Shown here: positions 1 through 9,234 of the stretch, in pieces
Numbering within the stretch: position 1 is the first letter of the stretch
How the letters are laid out: the number at the start of each line of letters is the position of its first letter
Assembly: GCA_018400715.1 (NCBI GenBank)
Contig: JAGYME010000001.1
Span: 44,940-108,939, forward strand
DNA length: 64,000 bases
DNA from: Candidatus Bipolaricaulota bacterium
Lineage (GTDB): Bacteria > Bipolaricaulota > Bipolaricaulia > M55B111
Direction: 5' to 3'
Notes under the pieces: generated by a model
Seen by the model: only the letters and a program-made list of their open reading frames with translations
Told to the model about the DNA's origin: nothing
Database searches by the model: none
Position numbers and translations under genes: made by a program

Positions 1-697
1 AGACAGCAAAAAGGAAGGCCCGTGGCAGGTTCTTCTTCGCGTTTTTCGTGTCCTTGGCTGCGTTCGCCATGAGTTCAAAACCTTCGTATCCGAGGAAAAT
101 GATCATTCCTCCGGCCAGAAGGGTAGGAAATCCACTCCAGGCGGACGGCTCGAGCCGAGGCATGGATATGTTTATGGAGCCTACACCGATGAAAGCAAGG
201 AGTATCGTCAGTTTTATCCCCACGATCCACTTCTCCGCCTCCCCGACGAGCTTTGCTCCCATGCTGTTGAGGAGGGTAAACCCAACTATTACCGCGGAGA
301 TAAAGACGTGTCGCATGATCATCTGAGAGCCTTCGGGGAAGAAACTGGCCGCGTAACCACCGAAGGCGTAAGAGTATAGAGCGAGCATGACTACGTAACT
401 TACCCAGAGGAGGACGTTCAACCCACCTGTAAAGACTCCCCCGCCTAATCCTTTTACGAGAAACTTGACCGTACCTCCCTTGCTGGGAAAGGTCACGGAC
501 AAGCGTGCGTACGAGTAGCTAGTCAGTAGTGCAATTATTCCGGCAATGGCGAACGCGATCGGAGTACCGCCCCTTCCAAGTTTAACGGCAAGACCCAGTA
601 CCGCGAAGATTCCACCACCGACCATCCCACCAATTCCTATGGACACAACTTCGCCAAACCCCATCTTCCCTTCGCCCTGCTGCGACTTTTTCGACAT
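1..697 (-). CDS. APC-family amino acid permease (N-terminal part; gene continues beyond window start)
   Basis: Reverse-strand translation from ATG at 697: MSKKSQQGEGKMGFGEVVSIGIGGMVGGGIFAVLG..., Gly-rich TM1 typical of APC permeases. GGAGGT lies 3 nt upstream. No stop before position 1. Confidence 0.75.
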   Translation of the reverse strand, partial: MSKKSQQGEGKMGFGEVVSIGIGGMVGGGIFAVLGLAVKLGRGGTPIAFAIAGIIALLTSYSYARLSVTFPSKGGTVKFLVKGLGGGVFTGGLNVLLWVSYVVMLALYSYAFGGYAASFFPEGSQMIMRHVFISAVIVGFTLLNSMGAKLVGEAEKWIVGIKLTILLAFIGVGSINISMPRLEPSAWSGFPTLLAGGMIIFLGYEGFELMANAAKDTKNAKKNLPRAFLFAV

Positions 698-930
698 ATA
701 ACCTCCTTTAATGCAGTTAACGGGTTGAGGTCAAAAAGATACATTAGTAATACAAAAGCCCCGTAGGAGCCAGATAATCTCGTCTTGACCGTATCCCCAT
801 TGATGCAGGTTACTTCATTTGGGGTGGCTCCGTAAAAGATATATTTTAGTCAAAATGGGATATTTTGTATTATTATTGTTTATAACAGAAAAAAAGATAA
901 ATAACCAGAATCCGCGGTCTCGTTAACTTC

Positions 931-1560
931 TCAGAAGACCTTAACGGTGGAAAGGAGTTTTACGAAGACTTCTCTCTCCTCGGCCCGATTGAAATTGGGA
1001 GGGGGGTCGTCACCGTAAACATCCGGGTTACTGGACCTGAGGACGAAATCGAAGAGGTAGTAATAGCCCTCTGACCTGGTTAGGTATATCGTCGAGTCGT
1101 ATCTCGAACCGGCTGCGCCCTCACTCAGGCGGAATTTTTCGAATTCTTCCCCGGTTACCTCTACGAATTCGGACTCGCCTTCCTTGAGGCCCGTTAGAGG
1201 GACCTCTTCCACGAGGTCGAGGAAGGATTTTCTTACCAACAGAGAGAGGAACTTCCCAGTCAACAGGGTCCCCGATTCTTTCGGTAAGTCCAACCTTATC
1301 GACAGTTTGCCTGGCTCCATCCTCACGTCAAGAGTTCCCTGTGGAGGAAACTTGAACTCGATCCCAAACCTCTCGCTTCGGTAGGTGTTCCAGTCGGAGA
1401 AATCGTCGGAGTGAGGCCTTAAGTTCGTCTCCTCGGGGCAGGCGTTAACCGTCTTTTTTCTATCTCGGTGTGGGTGGGGGTTAGAAATGGAGGTCTGGCC
1501 CGTTAATGTTATCGCAAGCGTGGTCAAGAGCACGACAAGTAATAACTTTTTCTTTATCAT
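931..1560 (-). CDS. secreted hypothetical protein (209 aa, N-terminal signal peptide)
   Basis: ORF begins MIKKKLLLVVLLTTLAITLTGQ; no recognisable family. Confidence 0.6.
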   Translation of the reverse strand: MIKKKLLLVVLLTTLAITLTGQTSISNPHPHRDRKKTVNACPEETNLRPHSDDFSDWNTYRSERFGIEFKFPPQGTLDVRMEPGKLSIRLDLPKESGTLLTGKFLSLLVRKSFLDLVEEVPLTGLKEGESEFVEVTGEEFEKFRLSEGAAGSRYDSTIYLTRSEGYYYLFDFVLRSSNPDVYGDDPPPNFNRAEEREVFVKLLSTVKVF

Positions 1561-1592
1561 CGATTTGTGCCTCCCGCCCTTAGGTCAATTAT

Positions 1593-1937
1593 TCAATACA
1601 CAACTTCGTAAGCGGCGACGCTGTGGAGGGCCTTGATTAACCAGTAGTCCTGCCCACACGCCATATCCGTGTAAAAGCTCTGGTCAACGTTGGGCATAAC
1701 GACCGCAAGATCATAGGGTTCGACGTAACGTTCAATCGAACTCTTCCGTGACCAGGCCGATTGGTCGTTTGACAGACCGTGCAGGAGGTAGAGGGTAGAA
1801 AAGCCCCCTGTGGGGACTTTTCGTCGAGGCCCGATTTCCCCGGTTTCGTCCCGGGGAAAGGGGCGGGGTAGAATGACGTTAACGGGGTTTTCCATACCTA
1901 ACGTAGATGAACGATAGCTGAACTGAATTAGAGACAT
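1593..1937 (-). pseudogene. truncated esterase (PF00756 'putative esterase' family); N-terminal 114 aa only
   Basis: Contains LYLLHGLSNDQSAWSRKSSIERYVEPYDLAVVMPNVDQSFYTDM, conserved in the family. The ORF stops before the GxSxG nucleophile-elbow region. The next gene starts 32 bp downstream. Confidence 0.6.
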
Positions 1938-2103
1938 GTTCCTCCTGATGATTGAGCATAAGCTGGGTAGTCACTTACAGCAATTATCTTAAATCACTCT
2001 AAGTGATCAAGTTATTGATTCGAAGGCCCGATCCGTAGGTAAGGTTTGATGGGTCGTATTTGCGGAAAGAAAAAGATTTATTACAATTGAAACTAATACA
2101 GGA

Positions 2104-2568
2104 GTGATATCTTTGAGCAAGTTGAAACTCTTAGTTATTTCGACTATGGTACTTGGCTTGTTAATTTCTGGAGCGCTTGTCGTCCAGGCGAGTTACGGCG
2201 ATGAAGCGGGCAAGCTGCTCCAGGATGTCGGAAAGAAGATGCAGGATTTTAGCAAGAGCATGGAAGCGTTCAGGAAAGGCGAGGTAAAGCTGGACAAGGC
2301 AATCGAAACTGCCGAAAAGTACAAGAAAGGTGCCTTTGATGACCTGAAGAAGGCAGCCGAACTCAACGCAAAAGCGGATTCGTGGAAGCTACAGACGATA
2401 TTAATGAGTACCGCCGAAAGATGGTACTCGGCGACGGTCAAGTGGCATACCGCCCTCGCGGAAATGAGCGCGGAGCTGGAATCATTAGGGAAAGACATGA
2501 CCATCGTTGCAGAAAACATGAAAGGTATCGGAGAACTCGCCATGGAGAAGGAGGGAAGTTCCAATTAG
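2104..2568 (+). CDS. small secreted helical protein (154 aa; signal peptide). Start may be TTG at 2113.
   Basis: Hydrophobic N-terminus LKLLVISTMVLGLLISGALVVQA; AGGAG lies 8 nt before the TTG at 2113. The antisense ORF 2193..2564 is rejected. Confidence 0.6.
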   Translation: MISLSKLKLLVISTMVLGLLISGALVVQASYGDEAGKLLQDVGKKMQDFSKSMEAFRKGEVKLDKAIETAEKYKKGAFDDLKKAAELNAKADSWKLQTILMSTAERWYSATVKWHTALAEMSAELESLGKDMTIVAENMKGIGELAMEKEGSSN

Positions 2569-2614
2569 GACTTGACTCTCCTGGTTGGGGTTGGTTTAGT
2601 TTAGTTTAGCGGCA

Positions 2615-2650
2615 AGTCCCCGGGTAACGCGCCGGGGACTCCTATTTTGT
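2615..2650 (+). terminator. rho-independent terminator (9-bp GC stem AGTCCCCGG/CCGGGGACT plus CCTATTTTGT)
   Basis: Perfect inverted repeat 2615-2623 / 2632-2640 followed by a T-rich tract. It sits between convergent genes. Confidence 0.65.
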
Positions 2651-2700
2651 ATACCCTCCTGAAACAACCGCCGGTGCGGGGATCGGTCGGAAGAATATTC

Positions 2701-3600
2701 TTACGAAGTGGAAACGATAATCGCCCCGATTACTATGATCCCGGCGTTGATACCAATCCTCCAGTCAATCTCCTCGATTCCTTTTAAGAAGAGGTAGGTT
2801 AGCAGGACCGTGAATAGCGGCCCAACGCGCATGAGTGAGGCAAATACGACAGGTGATACGTACTCTATAGCAAATATCGCGAATATTGGCGACAGCGCCC
2901 ACGCAATACCCGCGAGGAAGTATCCCCAGATCCGTCTGTCAAGTTTAGACCTTACCCCGGAGCGGGATACTGCGAGGTAGGCAACGTAGAGGACGAAGCC
3001 AGTGGTGAACCTGATGAATGCCCCCTGTAGAGGGGTGGCACCCAGGTCGACGCCGAGCTTTCTCAGCACGGGATGAAAGCCGAACATAATCATACCGTAG
3101 AAGGCCAGGCCCAGGCCGAGCAGCCAGTTGATCTCCCCGGTTGCGGGTTTCTCGGGAGCCGCAGAGTCTTCCCTGTAGGCGATGAACGAGAGATAGGTTG
3201 CCCCCACTACGACTATGCCCGTCCCCACCCCAAGCTGGAAGCTGACTTGTTCTCCGAGAAACAGGACTCCGAATAGGGTGGTAACGAGGGGGCTAACCGA
3301 TGTAAAGGCGTGTGTCTTCGACGCGCCGATCTCGTTGGTCGCCCTGGTTATAGAGACCCGGGCCAGCAGTCCCCCGCCAAGCCCACCGGTAGCGAGGAAA
3401 GGAAGTGCCGCTTTAAGGGGGAGACCGCTTAAGCCGGCCCCAATTGTCCAGAGAAGCGCAGCGGAGATTGCGACGCCGATGAAGAGGCTGAGAACGATGA
3501 ATACCTTATAATCGGTCGATTCCAGCCCGTGTTTGACGGCGACGTACCCCACGGCGCTCAAAAACCCAGCGCCGAGGGAGAGAAATATTCCAATCAGCAT
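2701..3600 (-). CDS. EamA/DMT-family transporter (10 TM)
   Basis: 299 aa, two repeated 5-TM halves, Gly-rich helices typical of EamA. Confidence 0.75.
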   Translation of the reverse strand: MLIGIFLSLGAGFLSAVGYVAVKHGLESTDYKVFIVLSLFIGVAISAALLWTIGAGLSGLPLKAALPFLATGGLGGGLLARVSITRATNEIGASKTHAFTSVSPLVTTLFGVLFLGEQVSFQLGVGTGIVVVGATYLSFIAYREDSAAPEKPATGEINWLLGLGLAFYGMIMFGFHPVLRKLGVDLGATPLQGAFIRFTTGFVLYVAYLAVSRSGVRSKLDRRIWGYFLAGIAWALSPIFAIFAIEYVSPVVFASLMRVGPLFTVLLTYLFLKGIEEIDWRIGINAGIIVIGAIIVSTS

Positions 3601-3633
3601 AACGATGAACCGTATGGCACCCCTGGCTACTTT

Positions 3634-4488
3634 TCAACGATTTTTTGCTTCTCTGTTTTGTTCCAATGGAGCGGGAACGTAATCACCGGTCGGTCCCCGG
3701 TAACGAAACTTTCCCTCCGTAAATCTCGTGATTTGAATTGCTTCAACTGGACACTGGTGTAGACACCTGAGGCAGAAATAGCAGTCATCTCCAAACTCTA
3801 CCTTTCCCGCACGTACGGTGATGTTATCCGCCGGACAGATCCTCTCGCAGAGGCCACAGCCTATACAGCTGTCGTCCGCCCGAAACCTTCCCGTGAACCC
3901 CCGTTCAAATAACTTGAACAGAAACTTGGTTATCGGCGTCAGGAACCGGTAGAGTATGTGCTTTTGGGGTAGAACTGAGTCTCGTTCATCCCCGTTTTGG
4001 TTATTCCCTCCTTCGATTTGGTCCACCAGGTCCTTTACCCTCTCCACGATATCCGGCGACTCCTCGTAATCAGTGTTGAGCACCTTGTGGACCGTCTCAG
4101 AATCTTTGTCCATGATGGCGAGTCCGTCGTTTCCGGGCATCTTGAACTCCGCTGTTCCCACTACGTTAAATCCCAGGGCGGTTAATCTCTCCGCCGTCGT
4201 CCTCAGGGAGTTACCTCCGTCGTAACCCATGGTGTAGTACACGGCCGCGTTCCGACTCGAGGGGAGACTCATTTGCTCGAGGTAGTCGTTGAGAAAGTCG
4301 GGCATGTCGTAACCGTAGATAGGATACCCGAAGACGAGCAGTTCGTAGGAACCCACCTCTGTCGGTTTTAGTTTTTCAACAGAGGCCGGGGTGGCGCTGT
4401 GGCCTCTTTCTTCGAGTTCTACCCCTATCTTCCTGGCGATGAATTTAGTGTTTCCTGTACCGCTGAAGTACAAAATCAATACTTTCAT
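3634..4488 (-). CDS. flavodoxin-domain / 2x[4Fe-4S] ferredoxin fusion protein (EFR1-like)
   Basis: N-terminus MKVLILYFSGTGNTKFIARKI (flavodoxin). C-terminal CIGCGLCERICP and CYFCLRCLHQCP ferredoxin motifs. Confidence 0.8.
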   Translation of the reverse strand: MKVLILYFSGTGNTKFIARKIGVELEERGHSATPASVEKLKPTEVGSYELLVFGYPIYGYDMPDFLNDYLEQMSLPSSRNAAVYYTMGYDGGNSLRTTAERLTALGFNVVGTAEFKMPGNDGLAIMDKDSETVHKVLNTDYEESPDIVERVKDLVDQIEGGNNQNGDERDSVLPQKHILYRFLTPITKFLFKLFERGFTGRFRADDSCIGCGLCERICPADNITVRAGKVEFGDDCYFCLRCLHQCPVEAIQITRFTEGKFRYRGPTGDYVPAPLEQNREAKNR

Positions 4489-4780
4489 GTCTCACCAAAA
4501 CTTGCCGAGGAATCCCCGGATCTATCCCCGGGGAGAAATCGGACGGTTTTTGTTTATCACGTAAAAACCTACGTCAAGTTCTTTCGACGCTCAACTTAAA
4601 CCGCTGCCTCCGGGGCCGTGGTCGGGTTTCGCTGTCCCGAATACGTCAGGGGGATAAACGTGGCCGGGTACCATCTGCACTTCTTTCGTTTAACCTCCTC
4701 TGATCCGGTTTCTTGACAAAAATTCAGAACTAAGTTAACGTATGTTATGAATTATTTTCTCGCAGAGGAGGTACCTTCCA

Positions 4781-5434
4781 ATGCGAAATTCTAGGTTTGC
4801 ACTGCTCGCGATCGTCTTTCTATCGTTCATTTTTATAACAAGTTTTCCAGGCACCGGTCACGCCGCCGATGACAGGTTTTTTGACCTACGGGTTGGCGGC
4901 AAGTTTATCCCTGCTTTGTTCCAGCACGATATGTTTCTACCCAGCGTTGCCGCTAACCTGGGCCCTTTCGGTCTCGACGTGGCGGGCAACGTGACTGCCT
5001 TTTACCTGGACGAAAACTATACCCTCGGTTCAACTCAGTACACCGCTCAGGGTTCCGGATTCATTGACTACTATTCCGCGCACTTAAAGTACGTTCTCCC
5101 TTCTAATGGAGGCGTAGAACCCAGTTTCGGGGTCGGGGTTTTTGGCACCGGGACGAGTGGTGCGGTAAACATCTCTGAAGGAGGTGGGGGCGGCAACTTA
5201 ACGTCGAATCTATATACACGATTGGGCGGATTTGACTTCCTCTTTGGTGTAGATTTTTCCTTAAGAAGGTTTGGAATACCCCTTGTTCTAAGTGGTGGGT
5301 TTAATCATTACAACTACAATACTTTGATCATAAACGCCTCCGCTCAAAACGGATTCTCCGCAGAAATAGAGGAGAATATCAATTACTACCTCAGTTTCTT
5401 TCACTACTTCTTTGGAATTAGCTACGAGTTTTAA
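4781..5434 (+). CDS. outer-membrane beta-barrel protein (OmpW/OmpA-like), signal peptide, C-terminal ...SYEF
   Basis: GAGGAGGT RBS. Signal peptide MRNSRFALLAIVFLSFIFITSFPGTGHA. Alternating hydrophobic beta-strand pattern and terminal Phe. Confidence 0.65.
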   Translation: MRNSRFALLAIVFLSFIFITSFPGTGHAADDRFFDLRVGGKFIPALFQHDMFLPSVAANLGPFGLDVAGNVTAFYLDENYTLGSTQYTAQGSGFIDYYSAHLKYVLPSNGGVEPSFGVGVFGTGTSGAVNISEGGGGGNLTSNLYTRLGGFDFLFGVDFSLRRFGIPLVLSGGFNHYNYNTLIINASAQNGFSAEIEENINYYLSFFHYFFGISYEF

Positions 5435-5501
5435 GCCGTTTAACTCTCTTTAAGAGGCCCGCTCAACCCGAAAAGGTAATCCCCTGTCGGGCCTTAGAAT
5501 C

Positions 5502-6332
5502 CTAGAGAACGCTGAAAACGTTGACGAGCGAAGTGCTTCCCAGGACCGACCAGAAGGTGGCGATTTGATGAAATCCATCCGATCCGGTCCACAGGGGAAA
5601 CAGGATCCCCACGCCCAACGCCACCAGCTGGACCAGCCGTGCTCTCTTCCGTGGCGAGCGTACCTTTTCGACCGGTTTAATTGGCCTTTCGCTATATATT
5701 GCCCAGAGGTAGGTTACCGAGATCAGCGACACCAGGCCGATCTTCACCGGGTAGTTGACGAACCCGGGCCACGGTAGACCATCAAAAATAAGCAGGTAGA
5801 CAGCCCAGGAGGCGGAGAGGATGCCCGCGAGGAGATGACGGACCTTAGAGCTGTCAATAACCGCGTCCCCGATGAAGACTACCGCGCCAGCACCGGCGAT
5901 AACCCAGGAGAGTCGATGGCCGAGCCAGAGCGTCAGGGCCGTGGCGAAAACGGTGTCCACTACCCCCAGGACGTGAACCGCCGTTCTGTTCATTACCCGA
6001 AATAGGATAACGGCCCAGAGGGTCAATAACAGGTGGGGGGTCCAGAGCACCGCCACAATTATTACCTGCCCTAGTGACGCCAGGACCGGTGTCAGGCGAT
6101 GGTTCGGATCGACCTCCCTTCCCAGGACGCCAGCAAGGAATATCGAAAGAGAGGTCCGGACCCCGAAGGCGAGCGAATGGAACAGTGAGCCGGTCGAAAC
6201 GAGAAAGGCGAGGGTAAAGCCAAAAAAAGAGGCGGCAGAAATCACCAATAAGAACGTGTTCCTCGAAGAGAAGGCTAATAGTCGTCTGCCCAGGATAGAT
6301 ACTCCCCGCGAGGGCCTCGTCGTGGTCAACAT
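5502..6332 (-). CDS. polytopic membrane protein, hypothetical (276 aa; no Cys)
   Basis: About 8 predicted TM helices; no family recognised. Confidence 0.5.
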   Translation of the reverse strand: MLTTTRPSRGVSILGRRLLAFSSRNTFLLVISAASFFGFTLAFLVSTGSLFHSLAFGVRTSLSIFLAGVLGREVDPNHRLTPVLASLGQVIIVAVLWTPHLLLTLWAVILFRVMNRTAVHVLGVVDTVFATALTLWLGHRLSWVIAGAGAVVFIGDAVIDSSKVRHLLAGILSASWAVYLLIFDGLPWPGFVNYPVKIGLVSLISVTYLWAIYSERPIKPVEKVRSPRKRARLVQLVALGVGILFPLWTGSDGFHQIATFWSVLGSTSLVNVFSVL

Positions 6333-7037
6333 CTAATACCTCATGCCTGTCTGAAATTGTTCGTGAATTAAGTCGAGTCTAATTGCTTTCTCAATTGAAT
6401 TTAACGGTTTTTCCCGAGGTTTTTCAAGTTGTGAAGTAAGGGGGTGCGGCTGCCGAAATTACCCTGAACGGGCCCGTCCACGGATGAGTAAGGTCCAGTG
6501 GTAGATTAGAATGACGTGACTATCTCCGTGATTATGTCGTCACAAAACTCGTGAAACAATTCGTTGAGGCGAAGGCTGGATGAGGGAGGGAGGGATTGCT
6601 TAATTCCAAAGATATCTTCTTTGGTGTCGATCGTAATATTATCCAGGTCAATGGTCCCCGACAATTCCTGTAGATCGGCGGGACGTTGTTTGCTCCATTG
6701 GGAAACAACCTTATGGGAGACGTCTTCCCCGATCCTTTCCTGCCTGCTTTCGTTTAAATTCTTGAACCTGCTTATATTCATCGGTTCCAGGCCCTACCCT
6801 GTTGACTGGATTAATTTAGGTAACATTCGACGATTAACTTTATAAACATTTAATTATCATGCAGAAAGCCCGAAAATGCAAGGTTTCAGGGTCTCGGCAA
6901 TGGACAAAGGTGTAGTCATTTACGGCTGAATGGGAAGAAACGAGGTGGAAAAGTTTGACTTCGGTATTATATATAGAGTATACTGACGAAAGTTAACACG
7001 CCCAGGGTACTGCCAGGCAGCCCACAAGGAGGTAGCA

Positions 7038-9167
7038 ATGAAGAACAAGTTAATCAGGAGCATCTTTTTTCTATTCTTAACAATGTCCATCCTTATTGGG
7101 GGGATCAACGTCGTCCCCGCTGAGACCATAACGGTAATGGAGGAGGGGGGTTTATACGATTCAATTCAGAAGGGGATCGATGCGGCCAGTCCCGGAGATA
7201 CCCTTAGCATTAAAGGGGGAACGTACAGAGAAAACGTCAGGCTAGACAAGGACCTAACGCTGGAAGGGTCTGGAGGGGCGGAAATCGTTGCTCCGGACGA
7301 GGGTATAGGTCTGCCAGTCATCCTCCTCGGACCGTCCGACGTCTCGGTCCGAATAACTGGAATGAAGTTGATGGGGGCGTCAAAGGCGGAAAAGGGAGCC
7401 TGTCGCGATGCCGATGCCGGGCTCTGTCCCGCGGGAATCTCTGTTGTAGGTGAGGCGAGACTGACGATGTCGGATTCGGAGGTCTCGGGCAACTACCTGG
7501 CGGGAATATACGTTAGAGGTAAGGCGGGAGTCGTAGCCGGTGGTAACCGAATCTTGAACAACAATGGGTCTGGGGTCTACCTGAGGGGTTCATCTGATAG
7601 TGAGTTTTCTCAAAACGAAGTATCGGGAAACGGGAGGGGTTTCTACGTCAGGGCTGACGCACACATCGCCGCCGTAAAGAACTCCGTCGAGGGCAACGAG
7701 AGGGAAGGTTTTTTTGTGAGGGGTGACGCCGAGGTAACCGCTCGGGGAAACTCCGTCAAGGATAACGACGACGAGGGATTTCGCCTGGAGGATTCTTCCA
7801 CGGTAGCGGTCGTAGAAAACGACCTGGACGGAAACGGGGGAGGTATTTCAGTCCGTGGTTCGTCCAGCGCGCGGATCCTCGACAATAATATCCTCAACTG
7901 CGGTGCCGGAATTGGAGCCTTGGGCGAGGGGAGAATTACGGCGCAGGGCAACAGTATCTACGACCAGGGTGAGTCGGGAATAGGGATAGCCTTTCTCGAT
8001 TCTTCAGCTGGGGAGATAGATGGAAACGAGATCGAAGTCAACCTTATCGGGATTTATTCCTTTAGCCCGGAGAGCGTCACCGGAGAGGGAAACAGGGTCC
8101 TCGGTAACGGGGTCGAGCTGTTTGGAAACGTTGACGGGTCACTGCGGACGCCGCAGGCGACACAGAGAGTGAAAAAAATAACCTATCCGGACACAGATTA
8201 CCCTGACATGCAGACCGCGGTGGATTCGTTGATCCCAGGCGGAACTCTGGTTATCAACAACGGAGAATATTCCGAGAGTATCACGGTAACCAAAGATATC
8301 ACGGTAAAAGGAGAGGAACCCGGGAAAGTTATTATCCACGGGAGCTCCGTCGGGTTTTCGCTTGTCGGCCAGGCGGAGGCGATGATATCGGGTATCGAGT
8401 TTACAGAACTAATCGGAGACGCAGTCGCCCTGGGAAGGTCCTCGTCGGCAGTGATCGTAAACTGCGCAGTACAAGATGCTGGCGGCAGCGGCGTACGCCT
8501 TCTCGGCTCAGCAAATGCCTCACTCGAAAATTGCACGATTCAGGGGACAGAAGACGAAGCCCTGTGGCTGGAGGGGACTTCTAGCGTCGAAGTAACGGGT
8601 ACCAAAGTAATCGGCGCTCGCGGGGTTGGCATACGACTGTCCGACCAGGCGGAACTCGCCTTTCGGGATAGCACGATAACAGGGAGTAAGTACGAAGGTA
8701 TATCCCTCAAGGGCTCGTCCCGGGCGACGATCGTCGACAGTTACGTGATTAAGAACGGCGATGACGGGTTGAATCTCCGCGATTCCAGCATGGTAGAGCT
8801 CGAGAATGCGACTGTCAGGGGAAACGCGGGTCCGGGCCTGAAATTATCCGACTCAAGTACCCTGAAGCTGACCGGGAGCGAGATAACGGAAAACGAGGAA
8901 GAAGGTCTTTACCTGAAGGACGAAGTAACTGCTACCGTGACGGGGGGCACGATTGCCGGCAACGGTGACTCCGGGATATTCCTCATGGAAGAGGCGGGAC
9001 TTATCCTCGAGGACAATGAACTTACGGGGAATCCGATCGGACTCGAACTAAAATATCCGAACAGGTTTAAGGGTTCGGTAACCGGTTCAGGAAACGAGAT
9101 AACGGGAACGGAATCCGGCTTTGAAGGAATATCCGAAACCCTTCAGAAGGAACTTCTGAAAAATTAG
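7038..9167 (+). CDS. secreted right-handed parallel beta-helix repeat protein (NosD/CASH-like), 709 aa
   Basis: AAGGAGGT RBS and signal peptide. Many ~22-aa repeats of the form GNxxxGIyLxxSSxxxIxxNxI. Confidence 0.8.
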   Translation: MKNKLIRSIFFLFLTMSILIGGINVVPAETITVMEEGGLYDSIQKGIDAASPGDTLSIKGGTYRENVRLDKDLTLEGSGGAEIVAPDEGIGLPVILLGPSDVSVRITGMKLMGASKAEKGACRDADAGLCPAGISVVGEARLTMSDSEVSGNYLAGIYVRGKAGVVAGGNRILNNNGSGVYLRGSSDSEFSQNEVSGNGRGFYVRADAHIAAVKNSVEGNEREGFFVRGDAEVTARGNSVKDNDDEGFRLEDSSTVAVVENDLDGNGGGISVRGSSSARILDNNILNCGAGIGALGEGRITAQGNSIYDQGESGIGIAFLDSSAGEIDGNEIEVNLIGIYSFSPESVTGEGNRVLGNGVELFGNVDGSLRTPQATQRVKKITYPDTDYPDMQTAVDSLIPGGTLVINNGEYSESITVTKDITVKGEEPGKVIIHGSSVGFSLVGQAEAMISGIEFTELIGDAVALGRSSSAVIVNCAVQDAGGSGVRLLGSANASLENCTIQGTEDEALWLEGTSSVEVTGTKVIGARGVGIRLSDQAELAFRDSTITGSKYEGISLKGSSRATIVDSYVIKNGDDGLNLRDSSMVELENATVRGNAGPGLKLSDSSTLKLTGSEITENEEEGLYLKDEVTATVTGGTIAGNGDSGIFLMEEAGLILEDNELTGNPIGLELKYPNRFKGSVTGSGNEITGTESGFEGISETLQKELLKN

Positions 9168-9234
9168 ACACCGATGGATAGGCTGGGCGTGAATTCTCCC
9201 GGTTGAAAAACATGAAACCTCAAGGAGGGGCAAT

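Noticed and set aside
48-326. 92-aa ORF on the + strand at the window start
   Set aside because: Lies antisense within the well-supported APC permease gene (1-697, minus). No RBS and no family signal.
2193-2564. 123-aa antisense ORF overlapping the secreted-protein gene at 2104-2568
   Set aside because: The plus-strand ORF has a signal peptide, RBS and terminator. The antisense ORF has a low-complexity S/A-rich translation.
2595-2611. GTTTAGTTTAGTTTAG short tandem repeat
   Set aside because: Only about three units of a 5-mer directly upstream of a terminator. Too short to call a microsatellite or regulatory repeat.
7166-8536. Several 60-110-aa minus-strand ORFs inside the beta-helix gene (7166-7492, 7643-7951, 8198-8536); similar ones lie inside the 19793-22165 gene (20144-20671, 21083-21274)
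   Set aside because: They are embedded antisense in long, repeat-supported coding regions. Their Pro/Ser/Arg-rich translations are typical of GC-rich antisense frames.
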